Below are positions 1 through 14,758 of a DNA stretch of 64,000 bases, in pieces. A program made the translations under genes and the position numbers. The notes beneath the pieces are model-generated. The model saw only the letters and a program-made list of their open reading frames with translations, had not been told where the DNA came from and did no database searches. Position 1 is the stretch's first letter. Each line of letters begins with the position of its first letter. Source of the stretch: the human T2T-CHM13v2.0 reference genome, Homo sapiens; assembly GCF_009914755.1 (NCBI RefSeq), contig NC_060926.1. One strand, 5' to 3'.

Positions 1-1816
1 AGTTACATTTACATGCTAGCCAGAAATGATATTTTAAATGATGATAAGCAAGGCTATCACTGATGAGCAAAATGATTACATTTCCCTAACCTTTAAAGAA
101 AAGAGTAAGTTTTGCACAATGATAAACCATAAGACTTGAACTATACACATATATAAAAAGAACAGGTATATATTTCAGGAAAGAGGCCAGTTGATGAAAA
201 TAAATAGCCTGCTAAATGAAAGAGTGGGGATTACAAAGAATGAGGCAACCAGGCTTCTAGCCAAGGTACTGACAACTAAGAATGATTTTCAACTCAACAC
301 AAAAGGATACTTGGCCCAATATGTATGGAAGAAAATGGGGTATAGAAATCTGTGATGAATGGGAAAAGACCAAGCAATCACAAAAACCAAAAGCACCACT
401 GAGGACCACTGAGCTGCCTAAACTGTGTTAGTAACATTCCTAGGGCATCTATGGAGAGGAAACAGAGAAATCAGTGCTGTGAGGTTAAAGAAATATATTC
501 GTGTCTATTCTCTTCTTTCAGCTTGGGAGCATACAACTAAACATCTTACAGAGCCACAGAGGAGAGAAGTTCACTCTTTTCACCACATGGAAGTTTTCCC
601 ACAGGCCAAGAGCACCATGATGCCAAGGCTGTTTAGTAAAAGCTATTTAGAAAGCAGTAACAGAGTGAGAATGCAGAGCTGCCTGATTTGCAAAAAACAA
701 GACATCTAGTGTTACTAACCAGAGATATCATTTCTGTATCACCTCAATTGTATCCAACCAGCTCTACGAACATGCTATGGTAGAATATTGGTCTAGAAAC
801 TAGGGAAATAAAAGCAACTCAACTTATTCTATCCCTTGAGTAACTTACAATTTGGAAGAATAGCCTGACATTAAAAAAAAAACATTCAAAATTTTGGTCA
901 GTAATTATTTGTAATTTATCTTAGTGAGAAGATATAAAATCCCATACAATAAAGTAATTAGCAAAATTTGCAAAAATGTTAAATTTTAGTAGGATTAATG
1001 CAGAGTAAAAGTTTAATATAATATGACGTACTTTTGAAATTTATAACTTAGTAATATTAATATAAAACATTGGGTTTAGTAAAGTCCACAAGGGTCATCA
1101 GGGATGATTTTTCTTTTCTATGGTATTCTATTTTTATTTCCTGTAGTATTTTAAGGTTCCAATAATAAAAAAATCTTAAATTTCATATATAGTTCTACTA
1201 TTTTATGCAGCTTACAATTTTGTAATTAAGAGCCATAGAGCTTCAATTTCCAGATTCATGATCTTGAGAGAGTATAGCGATGAGACCATTGTGTTGACAA
1301 AGGAAAGACTAAGTCAATGTGACTAACAGTTTTTCTTCTGCCAACTGAGATTACAAGTCTGGGAGGCCGAATTACACCCACTTTATTTTAAAAATACTTC
1401 ACAATTCTTTGAACATGAGTTGAGGTTTTTTTCTTCTGTCTTTATTATGGATAAGAGTATAAGACAATAAATGGGGCCTCATATTTTATAATTCACTGAT
1501 ATGAAGAAAATGAAAAATGATAGTTGAACATGCAAGTTGACCGTACCTAAAATTTGATAATTTGCTTTAAAATGTCTCTCGGGCATATAGAGAGTTTCTG
1601 GTACCTATAAATGTGGGTATTTCATGGTACAATTCAGAATTATCATTTTCCTTAAATGTTTTTAGGATTCCCTGAAAGTCTAAAAATGTGGAAATAAAAG
1701 ATTCCTTGGAAATATTAAAACAGCATGAAATTACTTTTCTCCCTAAATTATCAAATCCATAATTAGACTCAATAGCCCTAAAGGGTCTTGAGTAATAAGG
1801 GTTCCCAGAAACCTAC

Positions 1817-2014
1817 CTCTTGTACACATTTTTTTGCACTCTTCCAGACTTTCAAATCGATTCTGATTTCCTTCACATCCCCCATATATAAATTCTTCGC
1901 ACTGTCGAGTGAAAATATTGAAGAAAAATCTTTTCATGATTGCTTTACATGGGCCATCATCCGCCTTGAATGCACAAAATGAATGCATAAGTTTCAGTGG
2001 TGGCAACTCCGTAT
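1817..2014 (-). CDS. TFPI: TFPI coding exon encoding Kunitz domain 1 (198 bp, phase 1-1)
   Basis: Translates (D)TELPPLKLMHSFCAFKADDGPCKAIMKRFFFNIFTRQCEEFIYGGCEGNQNRFESLEECKKMCTR with six Kunitz Cys and F-x-Y-G-G-C; acceptor TTTATAG|ATACGG at 2015/2014, donor AGAG|GTAGGT at 1817/1816. Confidence 0.98.
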
Positions 2015-5000
2015 CTATAAAGTAAAAATAAAAGATATAACATGTAATCTCCATCAACACTGTAATAATGTTCTTTATTTCCTTTTTAATATGTCCTGAT
2101 TTTAAGGAAAAGTACAATAAAACATACTAAGAAACTATAAAAAGTTATTCAGTTATCAAAATGGTAGATAAAGTTAATAAATTCACCAAATGAAACACAA
2201 CTTCTAGACTCTTGTTAGGGAGGTATTGCTTAAATCGTACCAACCGAACTGGGAGGGAATTGAGTAGTAGTTGTAAGGCAACTTCATTCAAGTGGATGTG
2301 TCCACAATAGACCTCTTTTAACTCAGCTAATGGACAGTTCTTTGAATTTCTCTCCCTAACCCACACTTGTGTCACTTTTTACACATAAAACAACCCTTTA
2401 AAAGCAACAGCATATTCACATTCACATATATATATACACACACATATGTATATAACACTATATTAAACCATTTTCCCTAATTATAAAAATTTATGTGTTT
2501 GATGTTCTGAAAAATATACTTCATGGTGCTTTTTATTTTAACTTACCATACCATGCTTGGGTTTTAATAATGTTGAAATAATGTAAATAATGCTTTCTAT
2601 GTTTTAAATAGAATGAGGCAATTCTTTTGACTTCACGTTATATATTTTTTCTTTAAATATTTAACTCCTAATTTTCATAACAGAATTTTCTATCCTGGGA
2701 ATGGACATAGAAATAGGGGAAACTCAACTAGATTTTTTAAACATTTTATTTTTTTCAAGTCCAATAAAATTAATAGAAGCCTAATGTTAAGTAAAGTCTA
2801 TTTGTTTACCAGTAAAGATAGACACTGAAAATTGTGGGTGGTGCAACCAAAAGAATAATGACAAAAATGCCATATAATACTTCTTGAATATTTTCTGCAT
2901 ATTGAGTCTATGTATTTTCTATGTCTTTGGCAATTGATTTATTAATCTCTTATGGGGAATATTGAAACCTATAAATGACCGAAACCAATTTTGCCTCTAG
3001 AGGGCAGCAGTATTATATTGAATTAAACAGATGAGTATAAATATCTTGAAAAAAAGTGTTTTCATGCATTCTAAAATAGTTTACTTTGAACAACAACAAA
3101 AAAAGAATGAGACTTTAATATTTTCACATAAAATATTTTTAAAGCATAAAATACAGGATAAGTTTTTGGAGTATGATTGTCTTAAAAGAAATCAGTTTTA
3201 AATTTCCTGTAATTTCAAAATGTGAATTTTTTGAAACAGAAAATATGTGTGTAATAAAAGTTAAATTAGATAATTTTATTAATTGCACTCCACCCATAAT
3301 ATATTATTATTCTAATAATCAATTTTGAATTAATAGCAAGTATTAGTCTTATTTTAGTAATGTTAAAACTTTTTGTAACAAAATGATTGAAATGATATTG
3401 TTAATTTTTTATATGAGTCATAAAATTGTAAGTAGCCTTTACAATCTTGGAAGGATTAAAGATACAGCTTTCTATACATAAGTTGGCATTTTCATGCTGT
3501 TTGATTCATGTGACACTAATTATTTTTGAACACGTAAATTTTATCTCAACTACTAACACTGCTTTCAATTTTTAAAAATACTAGTTAAATTTACATAATA
3601 CCATCTCATTATTTTGATCTATTTGATAAGTTAATTGATTATTTTTTTCAATTGAAATAAATTGAGCTGACAGAACTGATAGAAGAGTATGTTTTTCAGG
3701 TCCAGAATTTGTTAACTTAGAATAACATATGACAGAGAATTATTATGATACGGGGATAGTTTCAGCACCAAACACAATTGTCATAAAATAGCTAATTAGC
3801 AAGTAAGAATGTTGATCAAATCTTTAACTAAAGTTGAGTTTTATGCACATATGCATTTGTGTGTCTTCAAATTTTTCTGGAGTTATATTCAATTGACAAA
3901 ATATAATGTTTGTGTTTACCAACATGATTTTTAAAATAATTTTAAACCAATAACAGTGTCACTAAATCCAATAAATATCTATAGTATATATACAAATAAT
4001 TGTATCAAAGTGAGTTAAGAAATATTGGTGAACATTGACAAGTTTAAATGTCATTTCTTTTTTTTTTCAAATCCTTTATCTAACATTTCATGTTGATGAA
4101 CATATCTAAAATACGATAATTTGCTTTAGAAGGTCTCTCAGGCATATAGAGAGTTTCTGGTACCTATAAATATGAGCACTTCATGGTAAAATTTTCCATT
4201 TTTCTTAAATTAGATACACAAGTACTTTTTAATAGAAATTCATAACAAATATAATTGAGGATTGCTAAAAATACTTTCTAAAAATCGAAAAATGTATGAA
4301 CCAAAATGACTTGTTAAAACACATTTTCTCTATCACTGAAGTTATAATTGTCAGTTTTAAAAATCATTGAATTTTTTTTTCTGAGTGGCACATTTATGAA
4401 TAATTGTAAATGCTGTTTATATCTTTTTGTCTTTACTTAAGGATTTTAGAATGCCAAGCTGACATTTTGAGTTTTTATGAGAAACCAGAAAATTTGGTGT
4501 GAAGACCCTAAGTGGTGTGTCTGACTTACAGCAGGCCCACAGTAAGTATCATCAAATTACGTATCGTGAGTTTCTGAACTCTAGACATGTTTGTTTTGAA
4601 ACCAATAAAAATGTGACCTATCAGCTCCTTAAATATGGGACCCCAGAATTCACATAACAAAGCAGGAATAAAAATATTCTGGCATTTTTAATTTTACAGC
4701 TATATACCATTATCTCAAATTGCTGTAGAAATTCTCATATAATGTGATGTTATTCATTCCCAAGTTAACATGACTTTAGAACTTTAGAGACAAGTTATTG
4801 AGGTAGTGTTTCAGATAGAAAACTTGAATAAAGATCTGTATCTGCAGAACACAGGGAACTTTACCTAATACCTGCATTGCCATGTATATTCAGAAAAATC
4901 ATTTTTCATAAATCAATAATTTTATCAGATACTAATTGATGATTTTTCTACTTTTTATTCTTAATATATTTGATAGTATTTATTATCAAGCTAAATCTTT

Positions 5001-5129
5001 TTTCCATTTTCTGCATTAAAGATATAATCACCTCTAGTTCAATCTGCTATTGAGTAATTTTGCCAGCAGGTGGTGGCAGTGCACCACAAAGGCAAAAGCT
5101 GATAAACTCGCTGTAGTAGTTGTACCTAG

Positions 5130-5330
5130 CAACAATAGCTAATGTTGCTCACTGAGTAATTACAATACCCTTGACATTTTTGTAATTGTACCCTTTAATG
5201 ATCATAACCACCTACTGAGTTAGGCATTATTATCTTCATTTTATAAATTATAAAATAGCTTTCAGAAATTAAGTAAATAACTTAAATTCATACCATAAAT
5301 GATGGGTTTAAAATTGATCCTCATATGGTT
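5130..5330 (-). mobile_element. MIR-like SINE remnant
   Basis: Degenerate MIR core (cataaccacct...taggcattattatcttcattttataaat...aattaagtaa). Confidence 0.45.
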
Positions 5331-8300
5331 TTACAACAGCTATCTCACACATTCTTAATAACTACATGATATTGTCACAGACATGTGACTGAGATTCCTA
5401 AAGTAGCATTTGGATCAAGCATACGGTTTTAATTATATAATTTCCACTCAATCAACAACATTTTTTTTCAAACATTCACCTTTATGAAACTAAAAATGGT
5501 TTCAATAATGGAAGTAGGTGATAATTTTATAGAAATTTTCTAGGAGAAACACTAAGTATTAACTTTTATGAATTATATTTTGTTAATTATTAGGTGATTA
5601 TTTGTCTTTATTCACACTTTAATGTATTTCTTATAGAAATCCTGTATTAGAATATTCTTTGTGCAGTGATCTTGCAGCCCACACCTAAGCACAGCATCCC
5701 TGGACTCAAGCAATGGCCAGGTGTGCTGTGTGACCCACAGTGCCATGCCACTTCACCCAAAAGGGATGGAAATCTGCCTCGGTTTTCATTTCTTATTTTG
5801 AATAAACCCTTTTGAATGTTAATAATTGGGTATTGACCATGCGTCAAGCACTGTGCTGTCACTACAGATATGACAGTAAATTAGATGACAGCAACCCCTC
5901 GTTCATGGAGCATATAGACACTAAGGACTTACATAAACATTCAGAAAGTCCTGGGTGCTGTGCGAGTGAACAGTAGGATACCTAAATTAGCCTGAAGGGG
6001 TCAGCGATAACTTTCCTGAGACTTGAAATTGAGACTTGAAGGAAATGTTTACAGAGGTAATAATTATCTGCCAGCGGCCATGAGAAAGCAAAACACATAG
6101 AGGGCAATCTAAAAGGAATTTAATCTGATCCAGTCATATAAATAGAATTATGGTTTATATTGAATCATTTGCCTTTGATGTCATGAATTTTATGTCTCAT
6201 AGTCTAAAGGTTACAATCCTGCCTTCCCCTTCCCTCCCCCCGCCCCATGTCCTGGGATGTTGGATAGAAGCTTACTATAATATTTGCTGCCTGAAAACAT
6301 ATCATGCCCTTGACTGTAAGAATACTCATCCTCTTGGAACTTATTTGCAAATCTAGGGCTTTCAGGTAACTTACCATCTAAGAATCCACATGCTGCTAGA
6401 CTCTAATTAAAGGATTTTATTTTATTTTATTTTATTTTCTGGCAGGGAAGAACAAACACATGTACCTTTTGCCTTCTCTGTGTCAGAAAATGTGCCAGAT
6501 GCTTTTCCACTTTTTATATAAAAATCATAGGAAATTAGTTATTTACATTATTCATTTACAGCTTAGGACACTGGTAGTCAGAAAGTTTAACTTATTCAGT
6601 CTCACAAAGGTACTAGGTGGCAAACTACACCTGCAAACTCAGGTCTGTCTGATTCTAAATCCTACAAAAGATACTTGCCTTTCACTAAATGTTCACTCTT
6701 AATTTTCTCTCTCCTAGCCCAATGGAATTGTTTTAAAAAGCTTATCACTACTCTTTTTATTATCATTTTTGCCTTATCTAGACGTTAATTCTAGATTATC
6801 CTCCCTGCTGATTTGACTGTTAAAAAAATCATCTACTATTTGCTTGTGAGAGAAGCAATAAAATTTGATGTATTTTTCTATTAATAAGAGTACCTTATTT
6901 CAATTAAATAATATACTTCTATAAAATGATGTTATGATCTTAGCATCATGTGATAAATTGTATCTCCTAAATAGAATTTTTTCAGATGTGAGATAAGGTT
7001 ATTATAAAAATTAATTTTAAACAAAAACAAAATAAAACTAGATAAAACTGCAACTAGTTGGTGAAGAGGTCTTTAAGTCTAGCTTAAATATCAAAATTCT
7101 TTGTTACCACCTAGGTTTGGAAGCTACCTTATAGTAATTTTAAATTCTGGCTTAATTACTGATAACTTAATTCTGGATTATTGATTGACAGTGGCAGCAG
7201 CCACAATTTCAGGAACTTCCTGGTTAACCAATATTCATTTTCTCAGTCCAGTTGAGGAAAATTGGACTGGGACAAATACAGGGAACACTTGGATCTATTT
7301 GCTTCTCACTTCCCACAAGTGAGATTGCCTGTTTTTTCCCTGTTAAGACTTATTTTATCCTCCACCTTCCTTGTTTCTGTAACCTCCAGAATGTTAGAAT
7401 TTTAACCCACCACCTTTTGAGAAAAAAGCCGAATGAGGGATTGAAACTCATAATGTTCAAATTCTTATTTTCAAAAAGGTACATTAGGGTTTTTACTAAA
7501 TAATGCTTCATCTCTAGGAAATTTTTATAACATGACTTCCCCTTGTGGAGCCCTCAGAGAGCCAAGCTTGATTGAATCTCCTTCCTCTTCCCATCAACAG
7601 CAGCACTCTCCATGCTTCTGTCACTTTGTGTACTACTTTATACGGAAATAAACTGTCCACCCTTCACACTCCCCTAGGAAACAGTGAGATTCTTGAGCAC
7701 CTCATCTCAGCCATACCTGTTTCTCTAGCACCTTCCACAGATTCAGGCCCAGAAGATGTATTTATTCAAACTTTATTAAAGTACACTGAACACAGTCATT
7801 TTAAAAAGCTATTAAAGCTATCAAATAAGAATGCATTTATGGAAATCTTTTTTACATCTTAAACCACTATACAAAAATAAGCTATCATTTTGTTAATATT
7901 CTCTCATTAATACCAATGCTTGAGATTTCTGTCAACAATTTACTAATTTGCCACAAAATGTTACTTTAAGAAAGGTATATATCCACAATAACCATCACCA
8001 TACAGTCTTCTCCTTGCTCTATTTTTTATTGTTAATATTCTCATTTTTAGACACAGAGTTTTATGGGATTAGATCTAACTTATGTTACTAGATCCTTTGG
8101 TGTCCTGGTTGACTAGATTTTTATATTAGTCTCAACTGGGAAGTTTTGATTTTGGAAATATGGGGAAGAAAGAGAGAATAGCTGAAACCTCAGATGTCTG
8201 AAGTTCCCTTTCCTCCTCACACTTTTCCTAGCCAAAGGGTAGCATCAAATGTCATAGGGAGTTGTTTTTACAACATTTTGCTCCTTGCAATAGCCCGGAG

Positions 8301-8396
8301 CTACTCCAGTGTTTAATATTGTATGCTGAAAAAAAAGAGAGAAGTGTTTCAGCTAAAGTTACTTGGTTTCGGACTGTTTAAAACACACATGTGCAT

Positions 8397-8398
<2 letters not shown>

Positions 8399-8447
<49 letters not shown>
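8399..8447. repeat. (CA)n microsatellite, ~24 units
   Basis: Pure AC run about 140 bp into the intron after the ATG exon. Confidence 0.97.
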
Positions 8448-8448
<1 letters not shown>

Positions 8449-8589
8449 TAGGTATAATAAATTTCCAAAGAAAAATATCACTTCAATAACAACTAATTTC
8501 CCTCCACAATGGAAAACTATGGTAGATTTTTTAGATTAAAATTGAGAGCTTTAACTAGCTTAAAAAGATAATTGCTTCTAATATTTTAC

Positions 8590-8710
8590 CTGTGATAATT
8601 GTGTGTTCTTCATCTTCCTCAGAATCAGCATTAAGAGGGGCAGGGGCAAGATTAAGCAGCAGGCATACAGAAGCCCAAAGTGCATGTACTTTCTTCATTG
8701 TGTAAATCAT
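8590..8710 (-). CDS. TFPI: TFPI first coding exon: signal peptide and acidic N-terminus (exon 8590-8712, including 2 nt of UTR)
   Basis: ATG at 8710; MIYTMKKVHALWASVCLLLNLAPAPLNADSEEDEEHTIIT + G (121 nt); acceptor TATTTCAG|AGATG, donor ACAG|GTAAAA; phase joins the K1 exon as G|AT = Asp. Confidence 0.98.
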
Positions 8711-9359
8711 CTCTGAAATACAGAACCCATACATATCTAATAAATAAAGTGTTAATATGCACTCATTTACAGACTAGTAAACATCATATGTGTACCTCAT
8801 ATGCAAATTTCTATGCCATTTTATGTGTATACACATACATTTCTCTGTGCATACTCAATGAGTCATACTTAAAATGTATATGTAGTATTCAGAATTATGG
8901 GCAAACACATTCAGTGCATATATTTATTAATATTCAAGCAAACAGGTCATATTTCAACTTTGAAAATATAAATAAAAAGGACAGTAATTGAGAGACATGG
9001 GTAAACGCTGATCAATATGGCGAAGTATGTATTAAAGTCCATTTCCATGTGCAATTTTACTTTCCACATCTTTCGCACAGCTATTCTTTCTCAGTCAGAA
9101 CCAATAATTATTTAGGCATTTTTCTATTATTTCTTTAATGCAACTTTTAATTCCTGATTTATCTTTCCCTCTGCTCTAGTTCTTCTTTTAAAAAGGAAAC
9201 ACATTTTCAGAATTTTCATCTTTGTTTCCTTTAAAAAATACATTATTTACATCAATTTCCTAACCAGGTTTTCTGTGAGATAGCAGACAGCCAAAACAGA
9301 GGACAAAAGAAGTGTCTGACATTCGAGTTAGTCCTCTTTCCCAGTTCATTATTCCGCAG

Positions 9360-9790
9360 TTTAGGGAGTTATCTGATTCAAAAAGTTTCACAGAAAAGTG
9401 ACTCTAAGTGATAAGCCATCACTCTTACACTCTAAAGGAATCAGATTTCAATAGGAGAGTGAGACTTTTCCTGTTTCAACGTTGTTTAAAGATCTATCGC
9501 CAAAAAGGAAAAAAAAAAAAAAGAAAAGAAAGAAGTAAGTCACCTTTATTTTTTTAAAGACGACTTCTTCTTTGGATTTAAAGGTGAAAGGAAAAGTGTA
9601 ATGATCATGCAACACAGAAAAATAAAAGAAGAGAACACTTGCTTCCTTCCTGTTCTCAGCCACCAGTGCCCTTCCAGTCAGGAAGGAAAGCGAGATCTTA
9701 TCAGCAAACATTCACAAATGCAGGGACAGATACTCCATCAAAAACAATCTAGAGAATTATCTGGTTTTGTCTGTAGCAGATCACAGCTGC
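9360..9790. promoter_or_regulatory. Candidate intronic GATA/ETS enhancer or alternative promoter
   Basis: GATA motifs at ~9368-9374, 9409-9415, 9707-9713; ETS cores at ~9466-9474, 9647-9653, 9679-9686; E-box CAGCTG at ~9784. Confidence 0.35.
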
Positions 9791-11269
9791 AATATACACC
9801 ATTGTGGGTAGCCATATAATAATTAAGTAATAAATGTTATTATGCTTTAAGTTTCATTAAAATCACTAGTGAGATACATAACCTTTTTTTCTCACAACAC
9901 TTTGCAAGTGTTAACATACATTTGATTTTTAGTCAGTAGAGATCTCATATATCTTGTAAATCATACCATAAACCATTTGAATTCACAAATATATATATAT
10001 ATTTATATAGATACATGATTTTGAAGAATCTTGAAACTAAACTTCTAATCCTTATCGCATTTTTGAACACGTTTTTCAGAGATTCATTTATTTCCATTTG
10101 ATTCTTTGAAATATACTATCCTGCTATACTTTGAGTATAAAATACAGAGTGTACTCTGCATCACACAGTTCAGGAAGCAGGCTGAGGTTGGGGGCCTGCT
10201 GAAGCCCTTGAGAGAGAGGGCTCTAAATTCAGCAAGTTCCTGTCTTAAAAAATGGCAGCCTAGGGTATTGCCTAAACTTAGTACTTTAGACTTTCGTTGG
10301 GTGCTAGGATTAGAAACCAGCTCTGACAAATTTGGATCATCAGTTTATTTATTCTAGAATATGTGGAACAATCTGAGATGACAAGGGCAGGCTTGCATTA
10401 GTTCTCAGAAACAGCTAGAGCTGGTGAGCTGAGCACCACCAGGTATTTCTCATTGTGGCTACACTCCTTAGACAGCTTTATTTTCTCTCAGTGTGACCCA
10501 ATCTTCTCTGCATAGCATGATGCATGAACAATGAACTGTCCTGGGTTTTAAACCTTAAGAGTTTTTCAATCAAAATAGTGTGACTACTTCTCTTTATGGT
10601 CCAGGCTTAAATAGCTTGAGACTAGCTCTGATAGTTTTAGCATGAAACAAGGGACACCTTTTGGACCAATCCATTTGAGTTGGGAATTGTAGGAGACCAT
10701 CATAGATTTGGTGGACCCAAAACCAGTCTGGGGTCAGGAATAAGAAAATGTAATAGCATGGCAAATATTAATGGAACCATATGGTTTGGGTGGTGGAAAC
10801 GGACAAGTGTAACTCCCAGAAGGAGGAAATTGTTGCTTTCAGAAGGGAAGGGTGTTAGACAGATAAATGACTATATGACTATATGACTATATACCACAGC
10901 AAGCCATAGCTAAATAGTAGCGTATGTAATTTTTTTTTAAAAAAAAAGAAAAGCAAAAGGCAAATAAAGTACATGAATTGCAGGAGGAATCAAATATCTA
11001 AATTTTTACTCAAAAATGCTGTCTGGTTCTGGGTGATAACAGATTTAATGTAGGGATGAATCCATGCACCAACTTCTATATACCATGCAAAATCTTTTTC
11101 CTTTTGGAAAAATCCAGCTTTCTTAAAATTAGAAAACAGAGATTTATAAAACACCATTTGCAGATCTCCTCCCCCCATAGTTCAGCAGAGAATTTGCTGT
11201 AAACATCTGCTTGATAAGCCCATAATCCTGGCTTTCTAATAGAAACATCTTCTTTTAAAAAAATTGACC

Positions 11270-11848
11270 CCATTATTTAAAATAGTTTTAGATTTAAAAA
11301 AAAATAGAGAAGAATGTACAGAGACTTCTCATACACCTCACACCCAGTTTCCCTATTAACATGTTACGTTAGTATGGTGCACTTATCGTTAATATACCAA
11401 AATTGATACATTGTTACTAACTAAAGTCCATATGTTAATCAAATATCCTTATCTTTTCCCCAGCACGTTTCTGTTCTAGCAACCCATCCAGAATACCAAA
11501 TTGCTCTAGTTGTCATCTCTCCTTAAGTTCCCTTGGCTGTGACAGTTTCTCAGATTTTTCTTATTTTTGATGATCTTGACAGTTTTGAATAATACTGCTC
11601 AGGTATTTTGCAGGGTATCCCCTTAATAGAATTTATCTGATGTTTTTACTCATAATTAGACCAGGGTTATGGGGTTTGGGAAAGAAGATAACAGAGTTAA
11701 AGTGCCATTTTTGTCACATTATGACAAGGATACATACTACCAACATAATTTATGACTGCTGATATTGATCTTAAACACCTGACTGGGGTAATGATTGTTA
11801 GATTTCTCCACTATGAAGTTACTTTCTACCCCTACCTTTCCATACTGT
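11270..11848 (-). mobile_element. Old L1M (L1MC-like) 3' fragment, left part, interrupted by the L1PA insertion
   Basis: L1MC-type 3'UTR sequence; continues after 25551 across the TSD. Confidence 0.6.
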
Positions 11849-14758
11849 TTATTTATTTATTTTTTTATACTTTAAGTTCTGGGATATATGTGCAGAACAT
11901 GCAGGTTTGTTACATAGGTATGCACATGGCATGTTGGTTTGCTGCACCCATCAACCCATCATCTACATTAGGTATTTCTCCTAATGCTATCCCTCCCCTA
12001 GCCTCCCACCCCCTGACAGACCCCGGTATGTGATGTTCCCTTCCCTGTGTCCATGTGTTATCATTGCTCAACTTCCACTTATGAGTGAGAACATGTGGTG
12101 TTTGGTTTTCTGTTCCTGTGTTAGTTTGCTGAGAATGATGGTTTCCAGCTTCATCCATGTCTCTGCAAAGGACATGAACACATCCTTTTTTATGTCTGCA
12201 TAGTATTCCATGGTGTATATGTGCCACATTTTCTTTATACAGTCTATCATTGATAGGCATTTGGGTGGGTTCCAAGTCTTTTCCATTGTGAATAGTGCCG
12301 TGACAAACGTGTGAAAGCGTCTTTATGTAGAATGATTTATACTGGGTCAAACGGTATTTCTGGTTCTAGATCCTTGAGGAATTGCCACACCACCTTCCAC
12401 AATGGTTGAACTAATTTACACTCCCAACAACAGTATAAAAGAGTTTTTATTTCTCCAGCATCTGTTATTTCCTGACTTTTTAATGATCACCATTCTAACT
12501 GACCAGTGATGATGGGCTTTTTTTCATATGTTTGTTGGCTGAGTAAATGTCTTCTTTTGAGAAGTGCCTGTTAATATCCTTCGTCCACTTTTTGATGGGA
12601 TTGTTTTTTTCTTGTACATTTGTTTAAGTTCTTTGTAGATCCTAGATATTAGCCTTCTGTCAGATGGATATATTGCAAAAATTTTCTCCCATTCTGTAGG
12701 TTGCCTGTTCACTCTGATGATTGTTTCTTTTGCTTTGCAGAAACTCTTTAGTTTAATTAGATCCCATTTGTCAATTTTGGCTTTTGTTGCCATTGCTTTT
12801 GGTGTTTTAGTCATGAAGTCTTTGCCCATACCTATGTCCTGAATGGTATTGCCTGGGTTTTCTTCTAGGGTTTTTATGGTTTTAGGTCTTATGTTTAAGT
12901 CTTTAATCCATCTTGAGTTAATTTTTGCATTAGGTGTAAAGAAGAGGTCCAGTTTCTGTTTTCTGCACATGGCTAGTCAGTTTTCCCAACATGATTTATT
13001 AAATAGGAAATCCTTTCCCCATTGCTTATATTTGTCAGGTTTGTCAAAGATCAGATGATTTTAGATGTGTGCTGTTATTTCTGAGGCCTCTGTTCTGTTC
13101 CATTGGTCTATATATCTGTTTTGCTACCTGTACCATGCTGTTTTGGTTACTGTAGCCTCATAGTATAGTTGGAAGTCAGGTAGCGTGATGCCTCCAGCTT
13201 TGCTCTTTTTGCTTAGGATTGCCTTGGCTATATGGGCTGTTTTTTGGTTCCATGTGAAGTTTAAAGTAGTTTGTTTTTTCTAATTTTGTGAAGAAAGTCA
13301 ATGGTAGCTTAATTGGGATAGCATTGAATCTATAAATTGGGCAGTATGGCCATTTTTCAATATTGATTCTTCCTATCCATGAGCATGAAATGTTTTTCCA
13401 TTTGTTTGTGTCCTCTTTTATTTCCTTGAGCAGTTGTTTCTAGATCTCCTTGAAGAGGTCCCTCACATCCCTTGTGAGTTTTATTCCTAGGTATTTTATT
13501 CTCTTTGTCGCAATTGTGAATGGGAGTTCACTCATGATTTTGCTCTCTGTTTGTCTGTTATTGGTGTATAGGAATGCTTGTGATTTTTGTATCCTGAGAC
13601 TTTGCTGAAGTTGCTTATCAGCTTAAGGAGATTTGGGGCTGAGAAGACTGGTTTTTTAAATATAAAATCATGTCATCTGCAAACAGAGACAATTTGACTT
13701 CCTCTCTTCCTATTTGAATAAACTTTATTTCTTTCTCTTGCCTGAGTGCCCCGGCCAGAACTTCCAATACTATGTTGAGTAAGAGCGGTGAGAGAGGGCA
13801 TCTTTGTCTTGTACTGGCTTTCAAAGGGAATGCTTCCAGGTTTTGCCCATTCCATATGATATTGGCTGTGAGTTTGTCATAAATAGTTATTATTATTTTG
13901 AGATACGTTCCATCAATACCTAGTTTATTGAGAATTTTTAGCATGAAGAGGTGTTGAATTTTATCGAGGGACTTTTCTGCATCTATCGAGATACTCATGA
14001 GGTTTTTGTCATTGGTTCTCTTTATGTGATAGATTAAGTTTATTGATTTGTGTATGTTGAACCAGGGTTGCATCCCAGGGATGAAGCCGACTTGATCGTG
14101 GTGGATAAGCTTTTTGAGGTACTGCTGGATTTGGTTTGCCAGTATTTTCTTGAGGATTTTCACATTAATGTTCATCAGGGATATTGGCCTGAAATGTTCT
14201 TTTTTGTTGTTGTGTGTCTTCCAGGTTTTGGTATCAGGATGATGCTGGCCTCATAAAATGAGTTAGGGAGGTGTCCCTCTTTTTCTGTTGTTTGGAATAG
14301 TTTCAGAAGGAATGGTACCATCTCCTCTTCATATCTCTGGTAGAATTCGGCTGTGAATCTGTCTGATCCTGGGCTTTTTTTGGTTGCTAGGCTATTAGTT
14401 ACTGCCTCAATTTCAGAACTTGTTATTGGTCTATTCAGGGATTCAACTTCTTCCTGGTTTAGACTTGGGAGGGTGTATATGTCCAGGAACTTATCCATTT
14501 CTTCTAAATTTTCTAGTTTATTTGTGTAGAGGTGTTTATAGTATTCTCTGATGGTAGTCTATTTCTGTGGGATCAGTGGTGATATCCCCTTTATCATTTT
14601 TTATTGTGTCTATTTGCTTCTTCTCTTTTTTCTTCTTCATTAGTCTGGCTAGCAATCTATCTATTTGCTGATCTTTTCAAATAACCAGCTCCTGTACTCA
14701 TTGATTTTTGAAAGGTTTTTCCTGTCTCTATCTCCTTCAGTTCTGCTTTGATCTTAGT

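Noticed and set aside
1743-2117. 124-aa ORF as a standalone Kunitz gene
   Set aside because: Only 1817-2014 is exon; the flanks are intron read-through bounded by canonical splice sites
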